Position numbers and translations under genes: made by a program | In this document: positions 27,415-37,399 of the stretch, in pieces | How positions within the stretch are numbered: the first letter of the stretch is position 1 | How the letters are laid out: every line of letters begins with the position of its first letter | From: a virus | Lineage: Duplodnaviria; Caudoviricetes | IMG/VR virus record: IMGVR_UViG_3300048856_000037 | Location: 1-43,937 of that record | Length of the DNA: 43,937 nucleotides | Strand: one strand, 5' to 3' | Notes under the pieces: model-generated | Databases searched by the model: none | What the model was told of the DNA's origin: nothing | Seen by the model: the letters and a program-made list of their open reading frames with translations, nothing else

Positions 27415-27746
27415 TGGCCGGCGCGGCGAAGAAGGTCTTCGGCGCGTACGTCCACGTCACGAAGAAGGACGGCACCTCCGAGGCGTTCGCGCCTAGGGAC
27501 GCGGTCCCGTCGTGGGCGTCCAAGCTGATCGGTGACCACGTGCTCGCGAAGCCCGGGGCTGACCCGGCACCCGAGCAGCCCCCGGTCGCGCCGACCTCCC
27601 CGGCAGGACCCACCCCGGACGACGGCGGCACGCCGGATGACGAGGCGGCGATCGCCGAGGTGAAGGCGAAGCTCGAGGAGATCGGGCAGCCGACCGACGG
27701 TGACCTCGAGGAGCTGCAGAAGCGCCTCGCCGAGCACGGGGAGTAG
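27414..27746 (+). CDS. Hypothetical head-associated protein
   Basis: TGATG coupling; F.P.D.VPSWA; Pro-rich linker. Confidence 0.65.
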   Translation: MAGAAKKVFGAYVHVTKKDGTSEAFAPRDAVPSWASKLIGDHVLAKPGADPAPEQPPVAPTSPAGPTPDDGGTPDDEAAIAEVKAKLEEIGQPTDGDLEELQKRLAEHGE

Positions 27747-27749
27747 GCC

Positions 27750-28139
27750 ATGGCGTCCGTGAAGGTCGGTATCGACGACGTGAAGGCCCGGTACGAGGGC
27801 GACCTCGCTCGGTTCCCCACCGCGTTCGTCGAGACGCAGATCTCGGACGCGGTGGACTACGCCGATGCCCGGTGGGGGACCTTCATCGAGCAGCGGCTCA
27901 CCTCGAAGGTCATCACCGAGGGGCTGTACAAGCGCATCATCTCGGACGCGGTCCTGCGGGTTGTCCGGAACCCGCAGGGCCTCGCCTCGGAGGGCGACGG
28001 CGGCTACTCGTACACGACCCGCGCGACGGTGGCCTCCGGGAACCTCTGGTTCACGCAGGACGACGTCGAGCTGCTCTCCGGCACGATCACGCAGGTGACC
28101 ATGCCGGGGACGATCACAGCGAGGATCCCGCCCCGATGA
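27750..28139 (+). CDS. Head-to-tail adaptor
   Basis: VLRVVRNPQG..SE..GGYSY...GNLWFT. Confidence 0.8.
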   Translation: MASVKVGIDDVKARYEGDLARFPTAFVETQISDAVDYADARWGTFIEQRLTSKVITEGLYKRIISDAVLRVVRNPQGLASEGDGGYSYTTRATVASGNLWFTQDDVELLSGTITQVTMPGTITARIPPR

Positions 28140-28435
28140 CCCTCCTCGACAACGGGCCGCACACGGTCACCGTGCAGCCCCGCCGGCCAAAGCAGACACC
28201 GCACGGTGTCGACCTCGTGGACGACGGGGCGCCGGTGGTCGTGCGCGGCCTGTTCCACCGCGGCACCGGCCTCTGGACGTCACGTTCCTGGGCTGGCGAT
28301 GTCAACGCGCTCGTCACCGACACGGACGGCGAGCAGTGGGGCCTCGCTGCAGCACCGCGGCAGTACGACTCCTCGCCAGCCACCGCCCACTGGGAGGTGT
28401 CGCTGGTCAGCACTCGGCCGGCAGGAACGGGGTGA
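28136..28435 (+). CDS. Head-to-tail stopper
   Basis: LLDNGPHTVTV ... SPATAHW; synteny. Confidence 0.65.
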   Translation: MTLLDNGPHTVTVQPRRPKQTPHGVDLVDDGAPVVVRGLFHRGTGLWTSRSWAGDVNALVTDTDGEQWGLAAAPRQYDSSPATAHWEVSLVSTRPAGTG

Positions 28436-28439
28436 TCGC

Positions 28440-28772
28440 ATGGCGCAGGTCGATAGAGACCTGAGCAGGCAGGTCGCCGAGATGGTCGGCATGGATCCCG
28501 AGCTGCAGTCGATCGCTGAGGCAATCGCGACCGACGCTCGAGCGAACTACGCCGGCCACGGCGACGCCGCCTCGTTCATCCACGTCACCTCGGAGGTCTA
28601 CGACGGCGTGCGCGAGCCGCTCGTCGTCTTCGACCACCCGGCATCGACGTTCCTCGAGTACGGCCACATGGCCGTGAACCCGCACACCGGAGAGCCGACA
28701 GGGCGCTGGGTGCCGGGGATCCACGGCATGGAGAACGCCGCCCGGGCGAACGGCGCCGGGAGGCAGACGTGA
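28440..28772 (+). CDS. Neck/tail completion protein
   Basis: LEYGH...RWVPG.H; synteny. Confidence 0.65.
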   Translation: MAQVDRDLSRQVAEMVGMDPELQSIAEAIATDARANYAGHGDAASFIHVTSEVYDGVREPLVVFDHPASTFLEYGHMAVNPHTGEPTGRWVPGIHGMENAARANGAGRQT

Positions 28773-29170
28773 TCGACTACGAAACCCTGATCGACACGCT
28801 GATCCGTCGCGACAGCACGGCAGAGTCGATCGGCTCCGAGTACGACACCGACCTCGTCCGGACCCTGCCTGCGCTCGTGTACCGGCTCACCGGTGACGGG
28901 CAGCAGTCGAACGGTGACGGCCTCTGGACCGTCACCCTCTCCGCCTACGTCAACGGGTCACCCGGCGACGCGTGGCGGGTCGTCTCCGAGCTCTACGACG
29001 CGGTTCACGCGTGGCCCGCGCCGCACAGCACTGGCGTCGTCGCCGACGTGGGCTACGTCCACCTCGTGACCGACGCCGACATGCCGTCACGGCAGCCCAC
29101 GTCGCCGATCGGCGGCAACACCGGGGTGCAGTACCAGGCGTCGTGGACGCTCCTGCTCTGCGATCTCTGA
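28769..29170 (+). CDS. Tail terminator
   Basis: Synteny immediately before major tail gene. Confidence 0.6.
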   Translation: MIDYETLIDTLIRRDSTAESIGSEYDTDLVRTLPALVYRLTGDGQQSNGDGLWTVTLSAYVNGSPGDAWRVVSELYDAVHAWPAPHSTGVVADVGYVHLVTDADMPSRQPTSPIGGNTGVQYQASWTLLLCDL

Positions 29171-29212
29171 CCGGTCGCCCCACCGGCCACCCTCGACTCC
29201 AAGGAGCACACC

Positions 29213-29806
29213 ATGGTCGCCGACTCTGGCACCCTCTTCATCCCGGGGCACGGCACCGTGTTCCGGGCCCCCGCGAACACGCCGATGCCCGCTGCCGGGG
29301 CCACGGCGTTCACACTCACCGGCGCGCCGCCGACGGGCTGGACCAGCCTCGGCCACACGTCGAAGGAGAACACGATGTCCTTCAGCACCGACGGCGGCGA
29401 CGCCACGGTGCTCGACACGTGGCTGCAGGACGGCGTGCGCACGATCTACGCGTCGACCAGCTGGACGTTCGGGATCAACACGCTGCAGCTCGACAAGCAG
29501 TCGCTGGACCTCGCGTTCAACGGTGCCATCGACGCTGAGGACGGCGGGTACATCATCCCGTCGTCGAACGGCGGACTCGGGAACAGCCTGTTCGTCCTCT
29601 CGCAGGACACGACCGGGAACCTCGGGTTCTACATCCCCAACACGTCGACGAAGCTCGGCGACTCCCCCGTGGTCGACACGGAGAACTTCTTCGAGCTCCC
29701 GCTGTCGGCGTCCATCCAGGCCGCGTCCAACGACCTGATCCCCGCTCTGCCCGATGGCCGCGCCGGGATCATGAAGCTGTACCCGCCGAAGGCGTTCGCA
29801 GCGTGA
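29213..29806 (+). CDS. Major tail (tube) protein
   Basis: IPGHG.V..A, W..LGHTS.E, GGD...LDTW; AAGGAG RBS. Confidence 0.85.
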   Translation: MVADSGTLFIPGHGTVFRAPANTPMPAAGATAFTLTGAPPTGWTSLGHTSKENTMSFSTDGGDATVLDTWLQDGVRTIYASTSWTFGINTLQLDKQSLDLAFNGAIDAEDGGYIIPSSNGGLGNSLFVLSQDTTGNLGFYIPNTSTKLGDSPVVDTENFFELPLSASIQAASNDLIPALPDGRAGIMKLYPPKAFAA

Positions 29807-29812
29807 CGAACC

Positions 29813-29846
29813 CCCGGGGCAGGTGGTGGGACCTGCCTGCCCCGGG
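29813..29846 (+). terminator. Hairpin between major tail and chaperone genes
   Basis: CCCGGGGCAGG-N12-CCTGCCCCGGG, perfect 11-bp stem. Confidence 0.5.
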
Positions 29847-29885
29847 CTCATCCCTACGGTCCCGCTCTCTCGAAAGGTCCCAACC

Positions 29886-30353
29886 ATGAGCGACCAGAAC
29901 GCTTTCGGTCTGCCCACCCCTCCGCCCCCGCCGGCCGTGCCGCAGAAGTCGGCCGCCGACGAGTCGCCGACGCTCACCGCGAACGACTCCGCCGCCGAGC
30001 TCGAGGCGCTCCTCGACCGTGTTGGCGTGCCCCCGCTCCTGCCGCTGCCGTGGCAGTACCGGCAGCGCATGCAGCTGCAGCTCCTCTCGGCCCGCATGGG
30101 CGATCTGTTCCAGGGCGGCATCGTGCAGTTCGACGACTCCGACCTCGAGGCAGCGCAGCCGTACATCGAGTTCATCGGCGACGTCGATGACCTGTTCCTG
30201 TCCGTCGCGACGAACCCGCGTGCGTACACCGCGTGGTCCGCGAAGCTCGAAGACGCCGAGCAGGTCCTCATCGCGCTCCTCGTCCGCTACACGAGGGCAG
30301 TGGGGGAATCAACGCAGTCTGCGGCCTCCTCGACGAGTACCGATCCGAGCTGA
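29886..30353 (+). CDS. Tail assembly chaperone (G-like)
   Basis: Between major tail and tape measure; slippery site near 3' end. Confidence 0.8.
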   Translation: MSDQNAFGLPTPPPPPAVPQKSAADESPTLTANDSAAELEALLDRVGVPPLLPLPWQYRQRMQLQLLSARMGDLFQGGIVQFDDSDLEAAQPYIEFIGDVDDLFLSVATNPRAYTAWSAKLEDAEQVLIALLVRYTRAVGESTQSAASSTSTDPS

Positions 30354-30739
30354 TCGCAGACTTCCAGTCGATCTACCACCTCAACATCCTCGACGTCCTC
30401 ACCGGACGTCTTGACGCCGGGTACGCACTCGAGCTCCTTCCGGGGCTCCACGCGTACCCGGCGTCGCTGTTCCGGGCGCGATGGCTCGCGACGCATCCGC
30501 AGGACGACAAGCCGGGCAAGGCGGCGCTGTCGTTCTTCGACTGGTCGCAGGACTCGATGCTGCTGCTCCGCATCCACAACTTCCTCGCCGTCCAGGCCGC
30601 GGGAACCGACAAGAAGGCCGCTCGCGAGCTCACGCTCGACGGCCCCGCGCCTGAGAAGAAGCCGCGCCTGTTCGCGCAGACCATCGCCGAGTTCGACACC
30701 GACCGGTTCATGGGGGTGATCGCCTCCGGCAAGCTCTGA
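30302..30739 (+). CDS. Tail assembly chaperone -1 frameshift extension (GT-like)
   Basis: G GGG GAA at 30302-30308; -1 frame reads GGINAVCGLLDEY...ADFQSIYHL to TGA 30739. Confidence 0.8.
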   Translation, partial: GGINAVCGLLDEYRSELIADFQSIYHLNILDVLTGRLDAGYALELLPGLHAYPASLFRARWLATHPQDDKPGKAALSFFDWSQDSMLLLRIHNFLAVQAAGTDKKAARELTLDGPAPEKKPRLFAQTIAEFDTDRFMGVIASGKL

Positions 30740-30750
30740 GGAGGCCACTC

Positions 30751-33700
30751 GTGGTGAACAAGGTCTGGGTCGCGGTCGTCCCGAACACGAAGAACTTCGC
30801 GTCGGACGTCCGGAAGTTCCTCAACCGGATCGAGAAGGCCCTCACCCTGACGGTCGACATCCAGGCTGACACCCGGGCTGCTGAGAAGGACGTCCGCGCC
30901 TCCGTGGAGCGGATGGCGCAGCGGGCCGTCGTCCTGAACGTGGACGCGGACACGTCCCGCGCTGAGCGTCGCGTGAAGGACCTCACGAAGAGCCGTGACG
31001 CGACGGTGAACGTCGACGCGGACACTGGCGTCGCATCGGCGCAGATCGCGTACGCGGCACGGAACCGCCGCGTGGAGCTCGCCGTCGCCGTGTCGAAGGC
31101 TTCGCTCGCGGCCGTCGGCACGGCGCTGGCGGCCCTGTCTGGGGCACGGGTGGCGCAGACCGCGTTGTCCCGTCTCGGCACGAGCCTGTCGAACCTCGAC
31201 CGATCCGTGCCGGCGATCGCTGGCCTGGCGATGACGATCGGTTCCCTCGGGTCCGTTGCGCTGTCGTCGGTGTCGGGGATCGTCACGATGGGCGCTTCGC
31301 TGGCGCCCCTCGCCGCTCTCGCCGCACCGCTCCCGGGCCTCCTGCTCGCGGGCGGTGCGGCGGTCGGCGTGTTCGCGGCGGCGATGGCCGACGCCGGCAC
31401 GCAGCTCGGTTCCCTGAAGGGCGGCTTCTCGTCGCTGCAGGACTCGATCTCGGGCGCGTTCTGGGCGAAGGCGAAGCAGCCGATCCTCGACCTGGTGAAC
31501 GGCGTCCTGCCGTCGCTGCAGAAGGGGCTGACGAAGGTCGCCTCGTCGCTCGGGACCTGGTCGTCGTCGGTCGCGAAGTCGTTCCAGGCTGCGTTCTCCC
31601 CGTCGGTCATCGGGACGATCACGAGCAAGCTCGCTGCGGGGATCGTCGCGTCGACGCAGGGCACGGATGCGTTCGCGTCGTCGCTGGCCTCCCTCGGCAC
31701 GTTCGCGGCGCAGTACCTCCCCGGCATCGGCGACACGTTTTCGAACCTGTCGATCCGGTTCAACGACTTCATCCAGACGGTCGTCTCGAACGGCCAGCTC
31801 GCGGGGTGGGTGCAGGAAGCCAGCGCGGTCGTCGGTCAGCTCGGCGCCGTGTTCTCGAACACGTTCGGGATCCTCGGCAACATCGCCTCCGCGGCGACCG
31901 CGGCCGGCGGCTCCGGGCTGCAGACCCTCGCGTCTGGGCTGGCCACCATCAACGAGGTCACGTCGTCCCCGGTGTTCCAGGGCGCGCTGACCACGTTCTT
32001 CCAGGGCGCGGCCGCCGGTGCATCCGGACTGGCGGCGGCTCTCGGCCCGATCGGTCAGATGTTCGTCGGGCTCGCTCCTGCCCTGTCCGGCGCACTCGCC
32101 GGGCTCGGCTCGACCGCGGGCGCATTGGTCTCCGGGATCGCGTCCGCCCTGAACCAGCCGATCGTCGCCGCCGGCATCGAGTCGGCGGTGTCTGGCATCG
32201 CCGTCGGCGTGCAGGGGCTGCTCCCGGCGCTGCCCGCCCTCGGGTCCGCCCTCGGCGCCGTGATGGGTGTCGTTGGCACCCTCGCGTCCACTCTCGGCCC
32301 CGTGCTCGGCTCGGTGCTGGGGGCGCTCGCACCGGTGATCTCGTCGCTCGCGACCAGCATCCAGCCCGTCATCGCGATGCTCGGCCCCGCGCTCGCTCAG
32401 GCGATCGGCATCGTCGCGCCGGTGGTGCAGCAGCTCGCGGCCGCGTTCATGCCCTTGGTGGGTGCCATCCTGCCGGTGCTGTCGTCCGCGCTCGCGGCGA
32501 TCATGCCCGTGCTCGCGTCCCTGATGCCGGTGTTCTCGGCCGTCGTCGCGGCGCTCACGCCGCTGGTGTCCGCGGTCCTGCCTGTTCTGCAGGCGGCCCT
32601 CGCCGCCATCATGCCGGCGCTGTCGGCGCTAATGCCCGTGTTCGCTGCGCTCATCCCACCGATCGTCGCGGTGGTGCAGGTGCTCGCCGCTGCCCTCGTG
32701 CCCGTGATCACCGCGCTCGCCCCGCTGATCATGGCCGCGGTGTCGGCGGTCCTCCCGATCGTGCAGCAGCTCGCCGGCGTCTTCATGCAGCTGATGCCGA
32801 CGCTGATGCAGCTCATCCCACCGATCGTGTCCATCGCGACCACGCTGACGTCGATCCTGATCCCGGTCTTCCAGGCCGTGCTGCCGGTCGTGTCGGCGGT
32901 GATCTCCGCGGTCGTCCCGATCGTGCAGTCGCTCGCGACGGTGATCTCCGGCGTCGTGAACGTCGTTGCCGGCCTGCTGTCGGGGAACTTCTCCCAGGCG
33001 TTTAAGGGCGCTCAGCAGATCGTGTCCGGCGTGATGGGCGTCATCAGCGGCGTCGTCACCGGCGCCATCGGCATCGTCCGGGCGGTCATCACTGCCGGGG
33101 TGAACGTCGTACGCAGCGTCATCTCGAGCGTGTTCGGCGCGCTCGGCGGGCTCGTCTCCGGCGGCATGTCGGCGATGCGCTCGGCGGTCAGCAACGGGAT
33201 CTCGAACGTGATCTCGTTCTTCTCCTCGCTGCCCGGGAAGATCCTCTCCGCGGTGTCCAGCTTCGGGTCGCTGCTCGTGAGCGTCGGCCGGAACCTGATG
33301 CAGGGCTTCATCAACGGCGTCAGCGGGTTCGCGCAGCGGATGATCTCGGCCGTCACCGCTCCGATCAAGGGCGCGATCAACGGGGCGAAGTCCCTCCTCG
33401 GGATCCACTCCCCGTCGCGCGTCTTCCGGCAGATCGGTGCCTACGTCGGGCAGGGCCTGGAGCAGGGCCTCAAGGGGTCGGCCAGCGGCGTGAACAGCGC
33501 GGCCCGGTCGATGACCAACGCCGTGCTGGACGCGTTCGACTCGAAGAAGATCTCGCAGGCGCAGACGAACACGCTGCTGCGGTCCGTGTCGAGCGGGAAC
33601 AACCAGCTCGCGTCCCTCGCCCGCCAGCGTGGGTCGATCGCGACGAGGCTGGCGTCGGCGACGAAGTCGCTGAACGCCGCGGTGTCGACGCGAGAGAAGT

Positions 33701-34461
33701 ACCGCGCGTCCGTGCTGTCGAACCTCACCAAGGTGAACGTCACGGACTCGTCGTCGGGGGAGTCGTTGATCGAGAACCTGCAGAAGCAGGTCGCTCAGAC
33801 GAAGACCTTCACGGCGACGATGGCGAAGCTGCGGAAGGCGGGCCTCGACGCGGCCAGCTACCAGCAGTTCATCGCGAAGGGTGTCTCGGCGTTGCCGCTC
33901 GCTCAGGACCTCCTGGCGGGCGGGTCGAAGGACATCAAGCGGGTTGCGAGCCTGCAGGGGCAGCTGGCGCGGGCGTCGAGCTCGTTCGCGTCCTCGGCGG
34001 CCAACGACCTGTACGGCGCCGGCGTGAACGCGGCGCGTGGCCTCGTGAAGGGGCTGCAGTCGCAGCAGGCAGCGATCGCGAAGCAGATGCACGCGATCGC
34101 GTCGACGATGGTCGGGTCGGTGAAGCGGGCCCTCGGGATCCACTCGCCGTCGCGGGTGTTCCGGGACGAGATCGGCAAGCAGGTCGTCGCGGGCCTGGCG
34201 CTGGGTGTGAGCGGCAACGCGAGCATGGCGCACTCGGCTCTGGACGACCTGGTCGGGTATGTGCCGTCGGCGGCCCTGTCGCGGGCGTCGCTGTTCCCGG
34301 TCGGGTCTGCATCGTCGGTGCCGGCGTTCCCGGAGTCGATCACGCTGCTCGATCAGGACGGGTCGATCTTGACCCGGGCGAAGGTCATCGCGGACGGCTC
34401 GGTCGCCGCGTCGAACAGGGCACGCGCGACCGCGCTGCAGGCCGGCCAACGCCGACGATGA
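30751..34461 (+). CDS. Tape measure protein (1236 aa)
   Basis: Longest ORF; Ala/Gly/Ser-rich with ~11-residue Pro periodicity; two LGIHSPSRVF motifs. Confidence 0.95.
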   Translation: MVNKVWVAVVPNTKNFASDVRKFLNRIEKALTLTVDIQADTRAAEKDVRASVERMAQRAVVLNVDADTSRAERRVKDLTKSRDATVNVDADTGVASAQIAYAARNRRVELAVAVSKASLAAVGTALAALSGARVAQTALSRLGTSLSNLDRSVPAIAGLAMTIGSLGSVALSSVSGIVTMGASLAPLAALAAPLPGLLLAGGAAVGVFAAAMADAGTQLGSLKGGFSSLQDSISGAFWAKAKQPILDLVNGVLPSLQKGLTKVASSLGTWSSSVAKSFQAAFSPSVIGTITSKLAAGIVASTQGTDAFASSLASLGTFAAQYLPGIGDTFSNLSIRFNDFIQTVVSNGQLAGWVQEASAVVGQLGAVFSNTFGILGNIASAATAAGGSGLQTLASGLATINEVTSSPVFQGALTTFFQGAAAGASGLAAALGPIGQMFVGLAPALSGALAGLGSTAGALVSGIASALNQPIVAAGIESAVSGIAVGVQGLLPALPALGSALGAVMGVVGTLASTLGPVLGSVLGALAPVISSLATSIQPVIAMLGPALAQAIGIVAPVVQQLAAAFMPLVGAILPVLSSALAAIMPVLASLMPVFSAVVAALTPLVSAVLPVLQAALAAIMPALSALMPVFAALIPPIVAVVQVLAAALVPVITALAPLIMAAVSAVLPIVQQLAGVFMQLMPTLMQLIPPIVSIATTLTSILIPVFQAVLPVVSAVISAVVPIVQSLATVISGVVNVVAGLLSGNFSQAFKGAQQIVSGVMGVISGVVTGAIGIVRAVITAGVNVVRSVISSVFGALGGLVSGGMSAMRSAVSNGISNVISFFSSLPGKILSAVSSFGSLLVSVGRNLMQGFINGVSGFAQRMISAVTAPIKGAINGAKSLLGIHSPSRVFRQIGAYVGQGLEQGLKGSASGVNSAARSMTNAVLDAFDSKKISQAQTNTLLRSVSSGNNQLASLARQRGSIATRLASATKSLNAAVSTREKYRASVLSNLTKVNVTDSSSGESLIENLQKQVAQTKTFTATMAKLRKAGLDAASYQQFIAKGVSALPLAQDLLAGGSKDIKRVASLQGQLARASSSFASSAANDLYGAGVNAARGLVKGLQSQQAAIAKQMHAIASTMVGSVKRALGIHSPSRVFRDEIGKQVVAGLALGVSGNASMAHSALDDLVGYVPSAALSRASLFPVGSASSVPAFPESITLLDQDGSILTRAKVIADGSVAASNRARATALQAGQRRR

Positions 34462-34476
34462 GAAGGAGATGCCCGG

Positions 34477-35400
34477 ATGGCTGGGGAGATCGTCGACGGT
34501 GGCTCTGCCACCTCCATGAGCACCGGGACGCTGGACGGCGGGAACGCGTACACCGTGTACCCGCCGTCCCCGCCGACGGTGGTCGCGATGCCGGGCAGCT
34601 CCCCGGTCCCGTCCGTGCAGATCACGGTGCCGGAGGTGGAGCCGGGGACGCAGTCGGTGAACGTCTACCGCATCGCGGACGGCCGCCAGTTCCTCGTCCG
34701 GGGCGGCGTTCGGAAGCTCGCGGTCGGCGGCACCTCGGTCGTCGACTGGGAAGCACCGTTCGGGGTGCCGATCACCTACCGGGTGGAGTTCTTCTCCGAC
34801 GCGGAGGCGACGATCTCGCTCGGCTTCAGCGAACCGGCGGAGACGGTCCTCGACGTCCGGCAGGCGTGGCTGCACCAGCCGTTGAACCCGTCGATGTCGC
34901 TCAGCCCGGTCATGCTCTGGGGGACCGCGCTCGAGCGGACCCGGGAGACCCCGGGCGAAGTCGTGTGGGTGCAGGGCGCGGACGTCGCGACGTGGGTCGG
35001 TGGGAAGCGACGCGGCGCGCAGGACGTGCCGTTCGCGCTTCTCGTGGACCGTGCCGGTGCGGACGCCTTCCAGGTGCTGCTCGGCGGGTACACGCGGCAG
35101 CAGCCCGCCGTGCTGTGCATTCGCACCCCGGTCGACATGCGCGTCCCGCGGACGTTCTTCGCCGTCGTGTCGTCGTCGAAGGAGACCACCCTGAACCGGC
35201 CTGGTGAGGGGGAGGCGATCCAGATCGACTTCACTGCGACGGAGGCTCGACCGCCGGCGCCGGGACTGGTGGCCGCGCTGCTGCGCCGGGACGACATCGA
35301 CACGGCGTACCCGACGCGAGCCGAGCGCGCTTCGGCGTACCTCACAAGGCTCGACCGGGACTCGGACTACTCACTCGCGGGGGTCGCAGGCAATGCGTGA
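34477..35400 (+). CDS. Minor tail protein (distal-tail-like)
   Basis: First gene after tape measure; DWEAPFGVPITY. Confidence 0.7.
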   Translation: MAGEIVDGGSATSMSTGTLDGGNAYTVYPPSPPTVVAMPGSSPVPSVQITVPEVEPGTQSVNVYRIADGRQFLVRGGVRKLAVGGTSVVDWEAPFGVPITYRVEFFSDAEATISLGFSEPAETVLDVRQAWLHQPLNPSMSLSPVMLWGTALERTRETPGEVVWVQGADVATWVGGKRRGAQDVPFALLVDRAGADAFQVLLGGYTRQQPAVLCIRTPVDMRVPRTFFAVVSSSKETTLNRPGEGEAIQIDFTATEARPPAPGLVAALLRRDDIDTAYPTRAERASAYLTRLDRDSDYSLAGVAGNA

Positions 35401-36511
35401 TCACTCGGCCGCCCTGCGCGACGTGCTCGCGTCGGGTGCGTTCGACGTGGAGTGGGTCGCGGACGTCTACTACGACGGCGCTCGGCGCATCGCTGGGCTC
35501 CCGATCCGCTCGCCCTCGTTCGACGACGACGGTACGGCGCTGGTGCAGGGCACCGGCGGCTGCACGGTCGAGTGGACGTCCGACTTCGCGACCTCGCTGA
35601 GCCCGCGCCTCGCGGACGACACCCTCGCCCCGTTCGGGTCGGAGCTCTCGGTGGGTGTCGTGATCTCGGCAGGCTCGTTCTCCGAGCGGGTTCAGATGGG
35701 CTGGTACCGGATCGAGGACGTCCCGTCCGCGGCGGATCAGTTCGTCGGGTTCGGCGACGGCATCCTGCCGGTCGGGTCGACGGTGGAGATCACGCTGCAG
35801 GACCGGTTGCGGAAGGTGCAGCGGGACCGGTTCGACGTGCCCGGGTCGCCGCCGTCGCGGACGAGCGTCCTGACGGAGGCGCAGCGCATCACGGGACTGC
35901 AGATCGTCCGCGAGGTGCCGGACACGACGATCCCGAAGGGGTTCGCCTACGAGGAAGAGCGCCTCGACCCGCTGTACGACCTGGTCGAGTACGCGAACGC
36001 GGTGCCTTACATGCGGCCGGACGGTGCCCTCGGGCAGCGACCGATCGACTGGGGCACCGCGGTCGACGTCGTCGCCGACGGGCCCGGCGGGACGCTCGTG
36101 TCCCTCGGGTACGCGATGTCGTCGGACAAGGTCTACAACCGGGTCGCGTTCCGGACGAGCGCGAACGACGACGACCAGCAGGTCCTCGCGGTCGCCGAGA
36201 TCAAGGACGGGCCGCTGCGGGTCAGGAACGCGGACGGGTCGCCGTCGCCGTACGGACGCGTGACGCTCTACGTGTCCTCCGACCTCGTGACGACCCGGGC
36301 GCAGGCACAGGCGTACGTCGACAAGACCCTCGCGCAGGTGTCGTCGCTGCGGGTCGCTGAGCGGCCGATGGTCGAGGTGTTCAACCCGCTCCGCCAGATC
36401 GGTGATGTCCTCCGGGTTCGTCCCGTCGGGGAGCCACCGTTCCTCGGCCGGGTGTCGAAGATCAGCCGCACGGACGGGCCGACGCAGGACGTGACTCTGG
36501 AGGTGCGGTGA
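35393..36511 (+). CDS. Minor tail/baseplate hub protein (DUF5047-like)
   Basis: LAPFGSEL, MGWYRI, VYNRV, SPYGRV; synteny. Confidence 0.75.
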   Translation: MRDHSAALRDVLASGAFDVEWVADVYYDGARRIAGLPIRSPSFDDDGTALVQGTGGCTVEWTSDFATSLSPRLADDTLAPFGSELSVGVVISAGSFSERVQMGWYRIEDVPSAADQFVGFGDGILPVGSTVEITLQDRLRKVQRDRFDVPGSPPSRTSVLTEAQRITGLQIVREVPDTTIPKGFAYEEERLDPLYDLVEYANAVPYMRPDGALGQRPIDWGTAVDVVADGPGGTLVSLGYAMSSDKVYNRVAFRTSANDDDQQVLAVAEIKDGPLRVRNADGSPSPYGRVTLYVSSDLVTTRAQAQAYVDKTLAQVSSLRVAERPMVEVFNPLRQIGDVLRVRPVGEPPFLGRVSKISRTDGPTQDVTLEVR

Positions 36512-37392
36512 TGGCCAACGACGTCTCCGTGCTCCTCGACCTCGCCAAGAAGTCGCCGGTGAACGTGTGGCCGGCGACGTTCGTCGGCCTCGACGACGAC
36601 GGCTGGGTCCTCTGCGACATCAAGAACGGCGACGCGAGCGGCCGGGTGCCGGCGCAAGTGTGGACCCCGTACCGTCCCGAGGTGGGCGAGCGGGTGTTCG
36701 TCGTGTCGGTCAACGGTGCGTTCTTTCTCGTCGGCCCGGCGATGCCGAAGCCGGCGCAGGGGACGGTGAAGAGCGTCGGCTCGAGCGTCGTGACGCTCGA
36801 CACGGACATGGGGTCGGTGCAGGCGACGTACGACGCGGGGACGACGCTGTCGGTGTCGCAGGAGGTGAAGCTGCTGTGGTCGGGTGGCGCGCACGTCGTC
36901 GGCATCCTGACGGCGCCAGCACCGCCACCTCCGCCCCCGGCGCCCCCGGAGCCGGTGAAGCGCCGGCACGTCGACGTCTTCCAGCCGGTCGACGCGGGGT
37001 CGTTCTCCGGAGGCCGGTGGTGGCAGCCGCAGCCGTGGGCGTCGGACTCGACGCTCGGGGCGTGGTTCTACGGCTCGAAGATCCGCGACACGTTGCAGGG
37101 TGCGCCGGTGTCGAAGGTCGAGATCTGGTCGACGCTCGCGTCGCGGATGGGGTCGCTCCCGAACTTCGGCATCCACCCGCACGCGTCGAAGCTTGCAGGC
37201 GGTCCGGCGATCACCTCGGCCACGCCGATCGCGCCGCCGAACGGCGGGTGGCTGACCCTGCCGACCGGCTTCGGCCAGCAGCTCGCGAACGCGGTCGGTG
37301 GCATCGGCCTGGCGCACGGCGGCTTCAACAAGTTCCGATCCCTCAGCGACGACCCGCAGTCGGGTGCGCTGAGGATCACCTCGACCTACTAG
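36511..37392 (+). CDS. Minor tail protein
   Basis: Synteny; GAWFYG; Pro-rich linker. Confidence 0.7.
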   Translation: MANDVSVLLDLAKKSPVNVWPATFVGLDDDGWVLCDIKNGDASGRVPAQVWTPYRPEVGERVFVVSVNGAFFLVGPAMPKPAQGTVKSVGSSVVTLDTDMGSVQATYDAGTTLSVSQEVKLLWSGGAHVVGILTAPAPPPPPPAPPEPVKRRHVDVFQPVDAGSFSGGRWWQPQPWASDSTLGAWFYGSKIRDTLQGAPVSKVEIWSTLASRMGSLPNFGIHPHASKLAGGPAITSATPIAPPNGGWLTLPTGFGQQLANAVGGIGLAHGGFNKFRSLSDDPQSGALRITSTY

Positions 37393-37399
37393 GAGAACC

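Noticed and set aside
9493-29806. Many proteins ending in -AA as ssrA-like degrons
   Set aside because: Partly explained by the next gene's GGAGG RBS and high-GC Ala bias; also present on stable structural proteins
33397-34161. Duplicated LGIHSPSRVF segment in tape measure as a novel repeat
   Set aside because: Common motif in Gram-positive siphophage tape measure proteins
32629-34875. 748-aa antisense ORF and similar long Arg-rich ORFs (e.g. 4432-5862, 18294-19745, 21740-23062)
   Set aside because: Shadow frames of GC3-biased real genes; no motifs or RBS
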